A DNA stretch of 64,000 nt from Candidatus Altimarinota bacterium (GTDB taxonomy: Bacteria; Patescibacteriota; Gracilibacteria; 1-14-2-50-48-13). Position 1 is the stretch's first letter. Each line of letters opens with the position of its first letter. The notes beneath the pieces are model-generated. The model had not been told where the DNA came from. It did no database searches and saw only the letters and a list, made by a program, of their open reading frames with translations. A program made the translations under genes and the position numbers. Where the stretch lies: NCBI GenBank assembly GCA_046314355.1, contig JBKBWQ010000001.1, forward strand, positions 704,001-768,000. Reading direction: 5' to 3'. Shown piece by piece: positions 46,932 through 57,059 of this stretch.

Positions 46932-48833
46932 TTATTTTATTAACGGTCCGCTTTCCACAGCCTCAAAAGCACTTCCTGGAACCTCCTTTAACTGCTCGAG
47001 ATCCTCATCGTTCCATCTAGAATCCGTAGCTCCCGAGATAAACCAGTCAGATCCGTTATCTGCGACGATCATGCCATAGGTCTTTAATGCTTCAAGAATT
47101 ACTTTTGTATCCCCAGTATAGCTAGAGATATCGAAGTCAGCTTTTAATCTTAGACGAAGTCCCATCGGAGGTAGATTTGCATCCGTAGAACTGCTCGCAA
47201 AATGAGTAGCTGGGTGTATAAAAGCTTTCTGAGTTTTACTTACTGTGAATCTCAGTGCATGAGTTATCTTTCCTGATTTCACTTCATCATATTTTACAAG
47301 TCCTGGAAAAATAGGAAGTCCTGCAGCATCTGCGGAAGTCCAATAGTCAGGTCTTAATATATTGGAAGCTAAATCAAAGATCGCAGCAGAATCAGCATTC
47401 CAGCCGGTAGATGTCTTCTCAGCTCCATAGAGCTCGTAGAGTTTGCAGTTATCTTTATCTGCCACGAGTACATGATGATCACTTCCCGCTTCTACTTTCT
47501 GATTATCTGGAATAGGATAAGAACCAAGATCACTTTCATCAGCATAAGAGACGACATTGATAGGTACTTTTTTCTGACTACTGTCTACAATGCTGTATGG
47601 AATACCGTAGTCAGGATTAGATCCAAAGTCAGGATGAAGCTTGGTTTTACCTTTTAAGATACTTGCAATATAGTTTGCAGAATTTACATGAATGGGATCC
47701 TTTGAGATATCCCGGTTCCAAGGATTATCTGATGGAAAGACACTACATGTAGAAGAAAGTTTTGTAGAACTTAATCCTCCACCTGGATTAGTAGTATTTT
47801 GATTCGTATTTGCTGGAGGTAATACGGGAGCATTCCATCCAAATACGGTAGCAATAATCTTAGCAGCCTCTGCACGTGTAATAGAATCTCCAGGTAGAAA
47901 CTTTCCACTCTGTTTTCCTGATACAAATCCCTTCACATAAGCAAAGGCGATATATTTCTGATACCAGCTTGAGATATCTACATCATTAAAGAATTTAGTC
48001 TGATCATTTCCAATAAGCTCTTCAGAGAATCTTGCACGTAGAATCATCTTTAATCCTTCTGCTCTATTCATATTTATAAAAGGTCTGAACGTCCCGTCAG
48101 CGTACCCCTGAACCCACCCTGCTTTGAGAGCAATAGATAGTGCCTCCTCATACCAGCTTCCCTGCTCTACATCAGAAAATTGTACATCCTGATTCTCAGG
48201 TGACAGTTCAGAACAATCTGAGAGCATCTTTAAAAGTTCCGCACGTTTTATCGGTTCATCAGGTTTGAATATTCCGAGCAATCTTCCCATACTGTCTTTA
48301 TAGCCTAATACACCGCAGTGTGTAGCGAGTGACGTTATATATGACTTTGCCCAATGAGTCTCAGTATCTTTAAAAGTAAATTCAGCAGCATTTAAGGATG
48401 GTGTTACTGCAGTGACTCCGCGTACTACTTTCTCAGTTGGACTACAGTAGGTATGTGCTCCTGCATAAGTACAGATTCGGTAATATAGTGTGCTGTCTGG
48501 TATATCGTCATCTTCATAAGTAAGATCACTTTTATTTGTCGTAAAATAAATGTAGTCATCCTCTGGATACATCGGTTCTGCATTTTTTTCGGAACGGACG
48601 ATTTGATAATATTCGAACTCATCAGGAGATATACGGATCCATTTGAGATCAACGTTGCCGTCGGCATTAAAGTTAGCTGTAAGATTAAAGTCTTGGATAA
48701 TCTCTGGAGTAGGAAGCTCATCTGAAGCTGTCACAGGTACCATTGTCTGAAGTGCACATATTCCAATACATGTTGTGGCTATCAGTTTTTTCAAAAGTAA
48801 ACGGGTGTCTTCGGAGATCTGACACGTATCCAT
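46932..48833 (-). CDS. Surface protein: FN3-like domain, three SLH repeats and an uncharacterised C-terminal domain
   Basis: Signal peptide; FKPDEPIKRAE, GYADGTFRP..MNRAE, FLPGDSITRAE; C-terminal FPSDNPWN...WTSADAAGLP...HALRFT. Confidence 0.8.
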   Translation of the reverse strand: MDTCQISEDTRLLLKKLIATTCIGICALQTMVPVTASDELPTPEIIQDFNLTANFNADGNVDLKWIRISPDEFEYYQIVRSEKNAEPMYPEDDYIYFTTNKSDLTYEDDDIPDSTLYYRICTYAGAHTYCSPTEKVVRGVTAVTPSLNAAEFTFKDTETHWAKSYITSLATHCGVLGYKDSMGRLLGIFKPDEPIKRAELLKMLSDCSELSPENQDVQFSDVEQGSWYEEALSIALKAGWVQGYADGTFRPFINMNRAEGLKMILRARFSEELIGNDQTKFFNDVDISSWYQKYIAFAYVKGFVSGKQSGKFLPGDSITRAEAAKIIATVFGWNAPVLPPANTNQNTTNPGGGLSSTKLSSTCSVFPSDNPWNRDISKDPIHVNSANYIASILKGKTKLHPDFGSNPDYGIPYSIVDSSQKKVPINVVSYADESDLGSYPIPDNQKVEAGSDHHVLVADKDNCKLYELYGAEKTSTGWNADSAAIFDLASNILRPDYWTSADAAGLPIFPGLVKYDEVKSGKITHALRFTVSKTQKAFIHPATHFASSSTDANLPPMGLRLRLKADFDISSYTGDTKVILEALKTYGMIVADNGSDWFISGATDSRWNDEDLEQLKEVPGSAFEAVESGPLIK

Positions 48834-48986
48834 AAAGTGTGGGAAAAAGGATCATAATTACTCTGTAGTATACTTCAAGACCATGACTAGTAAATACTTT
48901 CAAGGGTGAGAGCCAATTTTTTACTTGTCGAAAATGAAAAATACGGGTACTGTGAAGTTTGGTTTTAACCTATTACCCCATTGTAT

Positions 48987-49322
48987 ATGGATATTATCGT
49001 ATCACTTCTCATCACAGCGGTAGCAGTAATGGTCACAGCCTACATTCTTCCAGGTGTAGCAGTCAGTAATTTTTGGTCAGCATTAGGAGTAGCTGTTGTT
49101 CTTGCACTTTTAAATGCATTTGTAAGACCAATCCTAACAGCTCTTACTCTTCCTATTAATGTTCTCACTCTTGGTCTCTTCACGTTAGTGATCAACGCAG
49201 TCATCATCTTGATTGCAGATAGAATCATTGATGGATTTAAAGTTGATAATTTCTTGATAGCAGTTGTGTTCGCTATCATCCTTTCTGTTATCAATTCTAT
49301 ACTGTTCTCTATTGCATTCTAA
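48987..49322 (+). CDS. Phage holin family membrane protein (YvlD/Mycobacterial 4 TMS holin-like)
   Basis: LNAFVRPIL..LTLPINVLTLGLFTLVINA. Confidence 0.85.
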   Translation: MDIIVSLLITAVAVMVTAYILPGVAVSNFWSALGVAVVLALLNAFVRPILTALTLPINVLTLGLFTLVINAVIILIADRIIDGFKVDNFLIAVVFAIILSVINSILFSIAF

Positions 49323-49437
49323 TCAATGCATTGAAAAACCTCTCCCAGAGTAATCTGCGGGGAGGTTTTTTATACTTCTGTTGTTTTTTTAAAGCAAACT
49401 TCTACACTGTACTATACCCTTAGCTTTTTTATTATTT

Positions 49438-50388
49438 ATGGAATTCCTTCTCTACATTCTGCCAATGGCAGTCACTGTTTTTGGACTTTGTCTCTTTGAG
49501 ACGATCAGCAGTATTGATAATGCTGTTATAAATGCAGAAGTACTGACAACAATGTCAGAAAAAGCACGAAGATGGTTCCTTGTTTGGGGACTTTTCTTCG
49601 CAGTATTTGTAGTCCGAGGTCTTCTCCCTTGGGCAATTGTATGGGCGGCTCTCCCTCAGCTAGGACCTATTGGTGCTTTGACTGCAACCTTTAGTGATGA
49701 TCCAAATGTTATTACAGCCATAGAAACTGCAGCTCCTATCCTTCTTGCTGGAGGTGGAGTATTTCTAGTGTTTCTTTTCTTTCACTGGTTATTTCTCGAA
49801 GACAAACACTTCGGATTACCTGGAGAAAAATTCTTTGCTCGTCAGGGAGTCTGGTTCTTCGCAGTAGTATCACTTATCCTAGCCACAGTGGTATGGTACG
49901 CTCAAGCTATCAATCCTCTTATGGCCTTCGGTGCTGTAGTGGGATCCACAGCCTTCTTTATTACACACGGATTTAAAGAGAATGCGGAAGCAAGTGAAAA
50001 GGTACTAATGAATAAGAACAATGGCATGTCGGATTTGAGCAAAATACTCTATCTTGAAGTCATCGATGCTACATTTTCCATCGACGGTGTACTTGGAGCA
50101 TTCGCGTTTACACTCTCCGTTCCGCTCATTCTTTTAGGTAATAGTCTTGGTGCCTTTGTGGTGCGAGAGCTTACTATTAGAAATGTTGAAACTATCAAGA
50201 AATATAAGTATCTCAAGAACGGAGCAATGTATTCTATCCTTGTACTTGGATCTGTAATGCTCGCCCATGCATTTGGAGTACATATACCTGAGTGGTTTTC
50301 ACCATTAGTAACTACAGTCATTGTAGGATATTTCTTCTGGTACTCAAAAAAGCAGATTGCGATGGAAGCAATCCCAGCGCTTAAGTAG
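49438..50388 (+). CDS. DUF475 / TerC-superfamily membrane protein
   Basis: ETISSIDNAVINA, YLEVIDATFSIDGVLGAFA, YLKNGAMYSI. Confidence 0.85.
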   Translation: MEFLLYILPMAVTVFGLCLFETISSIDNAVINAEVLTTMSEKARRWFLVWGLFFAVFVVRGLLPWAIVWAALPQLGPIGALTATFSDDPNVITAIETAAPILLAGGGVFLVFLFFHWLFLEDKHFGLPGEKFFARQGVWFFAVVSLILATVVWYAQAINPLMAFGAVVGSTAFFITHGFKENAEASEKVLMNKNNGMSDLSKILYLEVIDATFSIDGVLGAFAFTLSVPLILLGNSLGAFVVRELTIRNVETIKKYKYLKNGAMYSILVLGSVMLAHAFGVHIPEWFSPLVTTVIVGYFFWYSKKQIAMEAIPALK

Positions 50389-50473
50389 TTCACACATTAC
50401 CCTTTGAAATACTAACTATGGATATCAGTATAAAGTACATCTTTGCCCCTGATATCCATTTTCTTATCCCACT

Positions 50474-51811
50474 ATGATCCAAGAAAGAATCCGAAAGCTC
50501 AATCAGTATGAATACAAAGAAGGTCCTGTTCTGTATTGGATGAACCGGGATATGCGTGTCCATGATAATTGGGCGTTGCTCTTTGCAGAACATATTTCAC
50601 AAAGATCAGAGGCTCCGCTCCTTGTACTCTACAATCTTGATCCAGAGTTTTTAGGAGGAGGAAGACGTCAGACAGACTTTAAAATACAAGGCTTAAAGGA
50701 AATAGAAACAGAGCTTCAAAAACTTACTATCCCCTTCTTTCTCGTATGTGGAAATAATACTGAGGATGATATTATTACTTTTTGTGACAAGCACAATATT
50801 GGTGCATTAGTGACAGATCTGTTTCCTTTAAAAGTCCCAAAAAGCTGGCTGGAAAAAATAAAGAAAAAAGTAAAGATACCTCTCTATCAGGTCGATGCTC
50901 ATAATATAATTCCAGTATGGACAGCCTCACCAAAACAGGAATTTGGTGCATACACCATTAGACCAAAAATTCATAAACTTCTCCCTCGGTTTCTTGATGA
51001 ATTTCCAAAGCTCCAGAAGCAGAAAATAGAATATACATATGAGAAGATAAACTGGGATAAAGTAGAAAAATCCATTAAAACAGATGAGAACATACAACCT
51101 GTAGATTGGATTACTTCAGGACAGAAAGCTGCAATGAGGAGGTTAAAAACATTTATAAAAGATATACTTCCAAACTATTCAGAGCAAAGAAATGATCCTA
51201 ATAAAGATGTGCTCTCAAACCTTTCGCCTTACCTGCATTACGGTCAGATATCCGCTCAAAGAATAGCTCTCGAGGTTTCAAACTCTTTAGCTCCAGAGAA
51301 TGCAAAGGAGACCTTTTTAGAAGAACTTATCGTTCGCAGAGAGCTTTCGGATAATTATTGTTATTATAATGAGCATTATGACAGCTTCGAAGGATTTCCA
51401 AACTGGGCAAAGATCACTCACGAGAAACATAGAGAGGACCGAAGAGAATTTCTCTATACAAAAAAAGAATTTGAGGAAGGTAAAACCCATGAAGCCTTAT
51501 GGAATGCATGTCAGCTTCAGATGGTAAAGACTGGAAAAATGCACGGCTATATGAGAATGTACTGGGCAAAGAAAATACTAGAATGGACAAAGGATATTGA
51601 AACTGCACAAAAAATAGCCATCTATCTCAATGATAAGTATGAGCTTGATGGACGTGACCCTAACGGCTATGTAGGTATAGCCTGGGCACTAGGAGGGCTT
51701 CATGATAGAGCCTGGGTAGAGCGGGATATCTTTGGACAGATCCGGTATATGAATGAGAACGGATCAAGAAGGAAATTTGACGTAGATAAATACATTGATA
51801 CCTGGCTCTAA
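50474..51811 (+). CDS. phr: Class II CPD DNA photolyase
   Basis: VLYWMNRDMRVHDNWAL, SNLSPYLHYGQIS, EELIVRREL, MHGYMRMYWAKKILEW, DGRDPNGY. Confidence 0.95.
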   Translation: MIQERIRKLNQYEYKEGPVLYWMNRDMRVHDNWALLFAEHISQRSEAPLLVLYNLDPEFLGGGRRQTDFKIQGLKEIETELQKLTIPFFLVCGNNTEDDIITFCDKHNIGALVTDLFPLKVPKSWLEKIKKKVKIPLYQVDAHNIIPVWTASPKQEFGAYTIRPKIHKLLPRFLDEFPKLQKQKIEYTYEKINWDKVEKSIKTDENIQPVDWITSGQKAAMRRLKTFIKDILPNYSEQRNDPNKDVLSNLSPYLHYGQISAQRIALEVSNSLAPENAKETFLEELIVRRELSDNYCYYNEHYDSFEGFPNWAKITHEKHREDRREFLYTKKEFEEGKTHEALWNACQLQMVKTGKMHGYMRMYWAKKILEWTKDIETAQKIAIYLNDKYELDGRDPNGYVGIAWALGGLHDRAWVERDIFGQIRYMNENGSRRKFDVDKYIDTWL

Positions 51812-51833
51812 ATGTAAAATCGCCTTTCCTAGA

Positions 51834-52442
51834 TTATGGGCGGATCTTATACTCTAAACTCTCTTTTTGAGGTGTTAGCGACTCATATGATAGGACCATA
51901 TCTCCTGTCGCAGTTTTCTTATCAACTTCAAAATATAAAGCACCCTGCACAGTTTTCCCATTTGCTAATTGGACTTGCTGCACAATGTGATCCTGAACTT
52001 CATTTGCACTACCTAATTCTGATTCAAGGATAGTTTTTGCAATAGGTGTATCTAAAGAGAAATTCAGACTATCAAATGGAAATGCTTGTTCTGAAATACC
52101 TGTAATCCTTACTCCAACTCTTACAAGCTGGTATTCCTGTGCTACATTCCTTTTAAAAAGAGGATTTTTATCCTGATAATTCCCTTCTAAAGATACTATT
52201 TCAAAACGTGCACTGCTCATTCTATTCAGAACCACTGTGCCCGTTTCTTCTATAGTAGAATTGGAGTTTTTATTTACATTGATATTCTCCGGCTCTAATG
52301 CGGAAAGATCGGTCATCTTTATCTCAGATGTATTTTCATTTTCCAATACACTATTCTCGTTCTTCTGCGGAGTAATCTCAGGATCGCTGCAGGCAGCTAT
52401 AATCCCTACAAAGAGAAATACAATAAAAACAAGTCGTCTCAT
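51834..52442 (-). CDS. Lipoprotein with DUF4352-like Ig domain
   Basis: Lipobox IAAC; FSLD...LANGKTVQGALYFEV. Confidence 0.7.
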   Translation of the reverse strand: MRRLVFIVFLFVGIIAACSDPEITPQKNENSVLENENTSEIKMTDLSALEPENINVNKNSNSTIEETGTVVLNRMSSARFEIVSLEGNYQDKNPLFKRNVAQEYQLVRVGVRITGISEQAFPFDSLNFSLDTPIAKTILESELGSANEVQDHIVQQVQLANGKTVQGALYFEVDKKTATGDMVLSYESLTPQKESLEYKIRP

Positions 52443-52453
52443 AAGTATGTAAA

Positions 52454-53041
52454 TTATGCTTTAGGCTCTTCAAGCATAGCATCTATAATCATAGCCTGAA
52501 GTTTAGGTGCTTTTGAAGAGTATGGATATACGCGGCATCCAGGTGCCTGCATCTGAATATTGCGGAGTATTTTTGACTCTTCACTCTTTTTCACTTTATC
52601 GATTTTATTAGCAATAACGATTATCTGATACCTATCCTGATGATGAGAGAGAGTATCTAACATATCAAGGTCCAGCTCAGTGGGTCCTATATTTGCATCT
52701 ACGAGAAGTACCACAGTACGAAGTGGGATCGTATCATCAGTAAGGTACCAGAATATTCTATCTTCAATCTGTTCACGGAGCTTTCTAGGCTGTTTTGCAT
52801 ACCCATATCCAGGAAGGTCAACGAAATAGAACTTTCTATTCACAAAGAAAAAATTTACCTCCAGAGTACGTCCAGGCATAGAACTGCTCTTTGCAAGTTT
52901 CTTGTTATTTACAAGAGAATTGATAAAGCTCGATTTACCTACGTTTGAACGTCCGATAAAAGCAATCTGAGGACGCACGTCTCTAGGAAGCCCCTCTCTG
53001 TCCACCGCTCCTTTTATAAACTCTGCTGTCGTGATTTTCAT
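52454..53041 (-). CDS. engB: Ribosome biogenesis GTPase YihA/YsxC
   Basis: GRSNVGKSS, PGRT, DLPGYG, NKIDK. Confidence 0.95.
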   Translation of the reverse strand: MKITTAEFIKGAVDREGLPRDVRPQIAFIGRSNVGKSSFINSLVNNKKLAKSSSMPGRTLEVNFFFVNRKFYFVDLPGYGYAKQPRKLREQIEDRIFWYLTDDTIPLRTVVLLVDANIGPTELDLDMLDTLSHHQDRYQIIVIANKIDKVKKSEESKILRNIQMQAPGCRVYPYSSKAPKLQAMIIDAMLEEPKA

Positions 53042-53111
53042 AATAATGATGCAATTGAAATACGCGATGAATAGTATAGGAAAAAGAAGAAAGGCTCAAG
53101 GGGGAAAAAAT

Positions 53112-53249
53112 AGGGCTCGAGTAATTGAGTAATTGGGGCTCATAATTTGGCGCACATTATTGGGCTGCAATAATTGAGCTCAATTATTTAATGATGTGAG
53201 CCAAATTACTGAGCCTAATTATTGAGCCCAGTTACCGAGCCCCAATTAC
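53112..53249. repeat. Modular palindromic intergenic element, copy D (between divergent engB and ddl promoters)
   Basis: Core at 53171-53186; AGGGCTCG left end; four GAGCC(C/T/A) units on the right arm. Confidence 0.9.
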
Positions 53250-53319
53250 TTTTTCAAAGTCCTTGACCTTAAAGGTAAAACCAGGACAATGGGCTTATAT
53301 TTACGGTTTATCATTACTT

Positions 53320-54408
53320 ATGCAAAAGCTCCGTATAGCACTACTTTTTGGAGGAAAATCCGCTGAACATGAAATCTCCATTAAATCCGCAAAGGCGATT
53401 TATGAAAACTTGGATAAGGAAAGATATGATGTCTACCCTATCCCCTTCACCAAGGAGAATTTCTGTGTACTATCTCTTGATGAAGAGACTCAGGAAATGT
53501 CCTTTGAAAAAGGCTACGAGGTACTGGAGAATGGCTTTATCGATGGTAGCGAGCGAGGCCTGCCCCCTGCGGTACTCTCTTATGCAGATATTGAGCTTAT
53601 TATTCCTATCATCCATGGTTCCTTTGGCGAGGATGGAAAACTCCAGGGAATGCTTGATATGCTTGAGATCCCGTATCTGGGAGCAGGAGTACTTGGAAGC
53701 GCTATAGGGATGGATAAGGAAATTCAGAAGATTTTGGTAAAGTCTCAGGGTATTGAGATCGCTCCGTTTAAGGTATTTCATCATGCGGACTGGAGCAAAG
53801 ATCAGACAGCTATACTGTCAGAGATTCAGGATAAACTTTCACTTCCATATTTTGTAAAACCGGCAAATGCAGGTTCTAGCGTAGGTATTTCAAAAGTAAA
53901 AAGCGCAGACATGCTAGAAGCAGCAATGAACGAAGCATTTCTTTATGATACAAAAGTGATCATCGAAGAAGGACTCTCATCTGTACGGGAAATTGAATCC
54001 GCGGTTATCGGAAACTCTGAGATAGAAGTTGCAGAAGCATTTTCAGAGGTTATACCCGACCGTGAGTTTTATGATTATGAAGCTAAATATGCTTCTGATT
54101 CCAAATCACAGGTCATCATCCCAGCAGCCTTTACAGAAAAAGAGCACCATACATTAAAAGAGACAGCAAAAAAGATTTACCGCATTCTTCAATGTTCTGG
54201 ATTTGCAAGGGTAGACCTATTTGTGGATAAGGAAGGAGTAATATATTTTAATGAGATCAATACTCTTCCGGGATTTACTCCTATTAGTGCTTTTTCAAAG
54301 ATGTGGAAGGCTTCAGGAGTCAGCTATCCGCAGTTACTTGATAAACTTATACAGCTTGCCCTCGATAGTGCAGAAGAGAAACAGAGATTAAGATACAGCA
54401 AGGCATAA
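53320..54408 (+). CDS. ddl: D-alanine--D-alanine ligase
   Basis: GGKSAEHEIS, HGSFGEDG, KPANAGSSVG, FYDYEAKY, NEINTLPG; start ATG 53320. Confidence 0.96.
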   Translation: MQKLRIALLFGGKSAEHEISIKSAKAIYENLDKERYDVYPIPFTKENFCVLSLDEETQEMSFEKGYEVLENGFIDGSERGLPPAVLSYADIELIIPIIHGSFGEDGKLQGMLDMLEIPYLGAGVLGSAIGMDKEIQKILVKSQGIEIAPFKVFHHADWSKDQTAILSEIQDKLSLPYFVKPANAGSSVGISKVKSADMLEAAMNEAFLYDTKVIIEEGLSSVREIESAVIGNSEIEVAEAFSEVIPDREFYDYEAKYASDSKSQVIIPAAFTEKEHHTLKETAKKIYRILQCSGFARVDLFVDKEGVIYFNEINTLPGFTPISAFSKMWKASGVSYPQLLDKLIQLALDSAEEKQRLRYSKA

Positions 54409-54428
54409 GAAAAAAGTAAGAGCAGCAA

Positions 54429-54491
54429 AATAATTGAGCTCAATTACTGAATGATGTGAGCCCAATTATTGAGCCCTAATTACCGAGCCCC
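54429..54491. repeat. Modular palindromic intergenic element, copy E (half element)
   Basis: Core at 54431-54446 plus a right arm nearly identical to the right arm of copy D. Confidence 0.88.
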
Positions 54492-54495
54492 ACAC

Positions 54496-55203
54496 TTACC
54501 TATACTTCTTCATCTCCGCTCTCAGCTCCTTCCAATGAGGCATTGCACTCTCTACAATACTCCAGAATTTATCGGAGTGATTCATCTGCTGGAGATGAGC
54601 TACTTCATGCACGCAAACATATTCAAAGAGTTCTTCAGGCAGCAGAAGGGTCTTTAGAGATATACTTATATTCCCTCCTCCAGAGCAGCTCCCCCATCTT
54701 GATTCATTGTGGCGGATCTGTACATTTTCAAGTTTTTTATAGCCAAAATAATCAGTCCACTCTGCAATCACTTCTTCCACATAGGTTTGCAGGTACTTCC
54801 TTGCATAGGAAAGAAGAGCTTTTATGATCATCTCCAAAGTAATATGATCAGAGTATTCTGAGACTGGCACTAGGTGGATTGCACGGTCCAGCTTCGAGAT
54901 TTTGAATACAATTTTTGTTTCCTCCACAATAATCATGTTCCTGGCTCCCCAGCTTACAAAAATATCTACCGATTTATTGTGTACAAAATCAGCACGGGAG
55001 TTTTTTAATATCTGCCTCAAGATAAAAGTTCCCTGTTCCATCTTACTGAGCTTTGGAAGTATCCTGGAGAGCAGCTTATCAATATGTATTTTTCTCTCAC
55101 TCTCTGACAGAAACGAAGAAATACGAAGAATAACCTCGCCATTTCGTACATATGCTGAGGAATGTCTCTTGCGGACATATTCGATGTGAATCGGAGGGGA
55201 CAT
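54496..55203 (-). CDS. YgjP/DUF45-family (M48-like) metallohydrolase
   Basis: SRWGSCS, YVCVHEVAHL..MNHS..FW. Confidence 0.88.
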   Translation of the reverse strand: MSPPIHIEYVRKRHSSAYVRNGEVILRISSFLSESERKIHIDKLLSRILPKLSKMEQGTFILRQILKNSRADFVHNKSVDIFVSWGARNMIIVEETKIVFKISKLDRAIHLVPVSEYSDHITLEMIIKALLSYARKYLQTYVEEVIAEWTDYFGYKKLENVQIRHNESRWGSCSGGGNISISLKTLLLPEELFEYVCVHEVAHLQQMNHSDKFWSIVESAMPHWKELRAEMKKYR

Positions 55204-55223
55204 GAGATGAAAACAATTAATTT

Positions 55224-55322
55224 ATTGGACTCAATAATTGAGCTCAATTATTGAGTCCAATTATACTACCCAATGTACTAAATTCAATTACCAATTACTC
55301 AATTACTATTTACTTAATTACT
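55224..55322. repeat. Modular palindromic intergenic element, copy F
   Basis: Perfect 38-bp palindrome ATTGGACTCAATAATTGAGCTCAATTATTGAGTCCAAT (55224-55261) followed by AATTAC-type repeats. Confidence 0.88.
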
Positions 55323-55328
55323 TCCCCC

Positions 55329-55718
55329 CTACTTCACCTCAAACGGCGCACTCACATGCGGTGTTCCCTTGATCTGTATCAGGAGCGCATCTCCTTTTTC
55401 TAGCATCTGCTGATCTTGTACTGCTGTACAAGCACATCCAGCAGGAGAAGTACATGGAGGTATTACTATATCTGAACGAGTAAGCTGTGTATTTGAAGTA
55501 TTGAGAGCTTCTGAGTACTGAAAACATCCCTGAATCATTCCGTACTGTCCGGGGCATTTATCATCTGAGGCATCATCAAAGCCGTCTCTGTCTGCGTCTA
55601 TAGCAACTGTAGTCTGCGCATAGGTACTATCAATATATATTACTGCACATGAGAAGAGCAGAAACGAGAAACTGCACAGTATAATAAGTTTATTTCTTAA
55701 GTTCGCCACAGTCATCAT
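55329..55718 (-). CDS. Small secreted Cys-rich protein with TSP3-like motif
   Basis: Signal peptide; DADRDGFDDASDDKCP; several Cys residues. Confidence 0.65.
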   Translation of the reverse strand: MMTVANLRNKLIILCSFSFLLFSCAVIYIDSTYAQTTVAIDADRDGFDDASDDKCPGQYGMIQGCFQYSEALNTSNTQLTRSDIVIPPCTSPAGCACTAVQDQQMLEKGDALLIQIKGTPHVSAPFEVK

Positions 55719-57057
55719 TGATACGATGTAAATGAGTCAGACATACAAAGGTAAAATCGTCTGCAGAGGAAGCGCTGGTATTATTTATACGGGAAAGAGT
55801 ATCTGTCATCTGATCCATTTTACCAAGAAAATATTGAGTTGTCTCATATTTTCCTAAAGTATCGTAGTTCTTTGCCATATACTGTTCAAGAGCCTCTTCT
55901 TTCTGTCTATCAACAGTATACACCTGTTGGCTGTAAGTTACAGGGATATCTGTAAGAGATTTTCTTGTGATCTTTCCTGTAGTTGCATCTATCTGGACGA
56001 TTTGATCCTGCAGCTGCGTAAAGGTAAAATTATTTACTGGTGCACCATTGAGACGGAGAGTATCGTTGAACCCCGCAAGTTTTCTAGCAGCCTCGGTAAA
56101 CTCAGTAAGCGGAATTCCAATAACTCCTTCAAGGACATTTCTTGCAAAAGTTCTCTCTTCTCCTTTCTGTATACCTTGCCCAGTAATAATCGTACTGCCG
56201 TCTGGTCCTCTGACTTTTATCTGACCAAGTAATTCATTGAGATCAAATTTAATTGTAGAGAGACTCATAACTGCATCTCCAAACTCTTCAGCCGTCTCAC
56301 TGATGGAGGAGACAGCCTGGGTAAGGTTATCGAGAGAATAGTTAATATCATCTAAACCATATTCCTGCGACTGACAAGATGTCAAAGATGCATCCTTGTA
56401 GTCCTTTATATATGAGAAAGGATTCTGATTCTTAGTCGCAGTTGTGTAGCGGGCTAAAACCGCATTTGTTACCGCGCTAAGCGTACCATCAAGACCATTT
56501 GGATAGTAGGCGGTGGTCTGGTCAGACTGCATCATCCAGAGATAGAGCTGTCTGTAGGCAAGGTATCTGGCTTGGATGTCCTGATAGAGTGGAAGTGTCT
56601 GTATCTTTTCTCCCTGCATCACGTCTGTCACATTAATAGACATACATGCATCCATAGACTTATTCATAAGACCTCTCATTTCTTCCAGCTGTTTTTCAGC
56701 TAATTCCACATCCTGTAGAAGTAATGCTGAGGTTTTTGTATTTGATCCATTGAGAGCAGTTCTTATCGTATTAATAGTAGGATCACCATATTTCTCTAGA
56801 AAAGCTTTTGAAAGCTGATCTTCCTTGGCACTTATAGAAGTCAGATCCAGTCCGAATACAGTTATCTTAGGGATAATACATCCCTTTTGCTGAAGGAGAT
56901 CCCGAACTGCTGCATTGTAAGCTTCCATTTCTATGAGATAAGTCCTTGTTACTTTTGGAGTTACACAAAGGGCTTCCTTTGCATAGCTCACTCCTGGTAC
57001 AAGCAGGAAGCACCAGAGGAGAAAAAATATTCTAATTATATGAGTTGTATATTTCAT
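55690..57057 (-). CDS. Secreted helical hypothetical protein
   Basis: Signal peptide (VSYA-KE); 455 aa; tight operon spacing. Confidence 0.7.
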   Translation of the reverse strand: MKYTTHIIRIFFLLWCFLLVPGVSYAKEALCVTPKVTRTYLIEMEAYNAAVRDLLQQKGCIIPKITVFGLDLTSISAKEDQLSKAFLEKYGDPTINTIRTALNGSNTKTSALLLQDVELAEKQLEEMRGLMNKSMDACMSINVTDVMQGEKIQTLPLYQDIQARYLAYRQLYLWMMQSDQTTAYYPNGLDGTLSAVTNAVLARYTTATKNQNPFSYIKDYKDASLTSCQSQEYGLDDINYSLDNLTQAVSSISETAEEFGDAVMSLSTIKFDLNELLGQIKVRGPDGSTIITGQGIQKGEERTFARNVLEGVIGIPLTEFTEAARKLAGFNDTLRLNGAPVNNFTFTQLQDQIVQIDATTGKITRKSLTDIPVTYSQQVYTVDRQKEEALEQYMAKNYDTLGKYETTQYFLGKMDQMTDTLSRINNTSASSADDFTFVCLTHLHRINDDCGELKK

Positions 57058-57059
57058 AG

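Noticed and set aside
48987-49322. Prophage suggested by a holin-family gene
   Set aside because: This family is commonly chromosomal; no capsid, terminase, integrase or endolysin genes are nearby.
53112-55322. CRISPR array interpretation of the TAATTGAGCTCAATTA repeats
   Set aside because: Units are 13-15 bp, degenerate, invert around a centre and have no unique 30-40 bp spacers; no cas genes are in the window.
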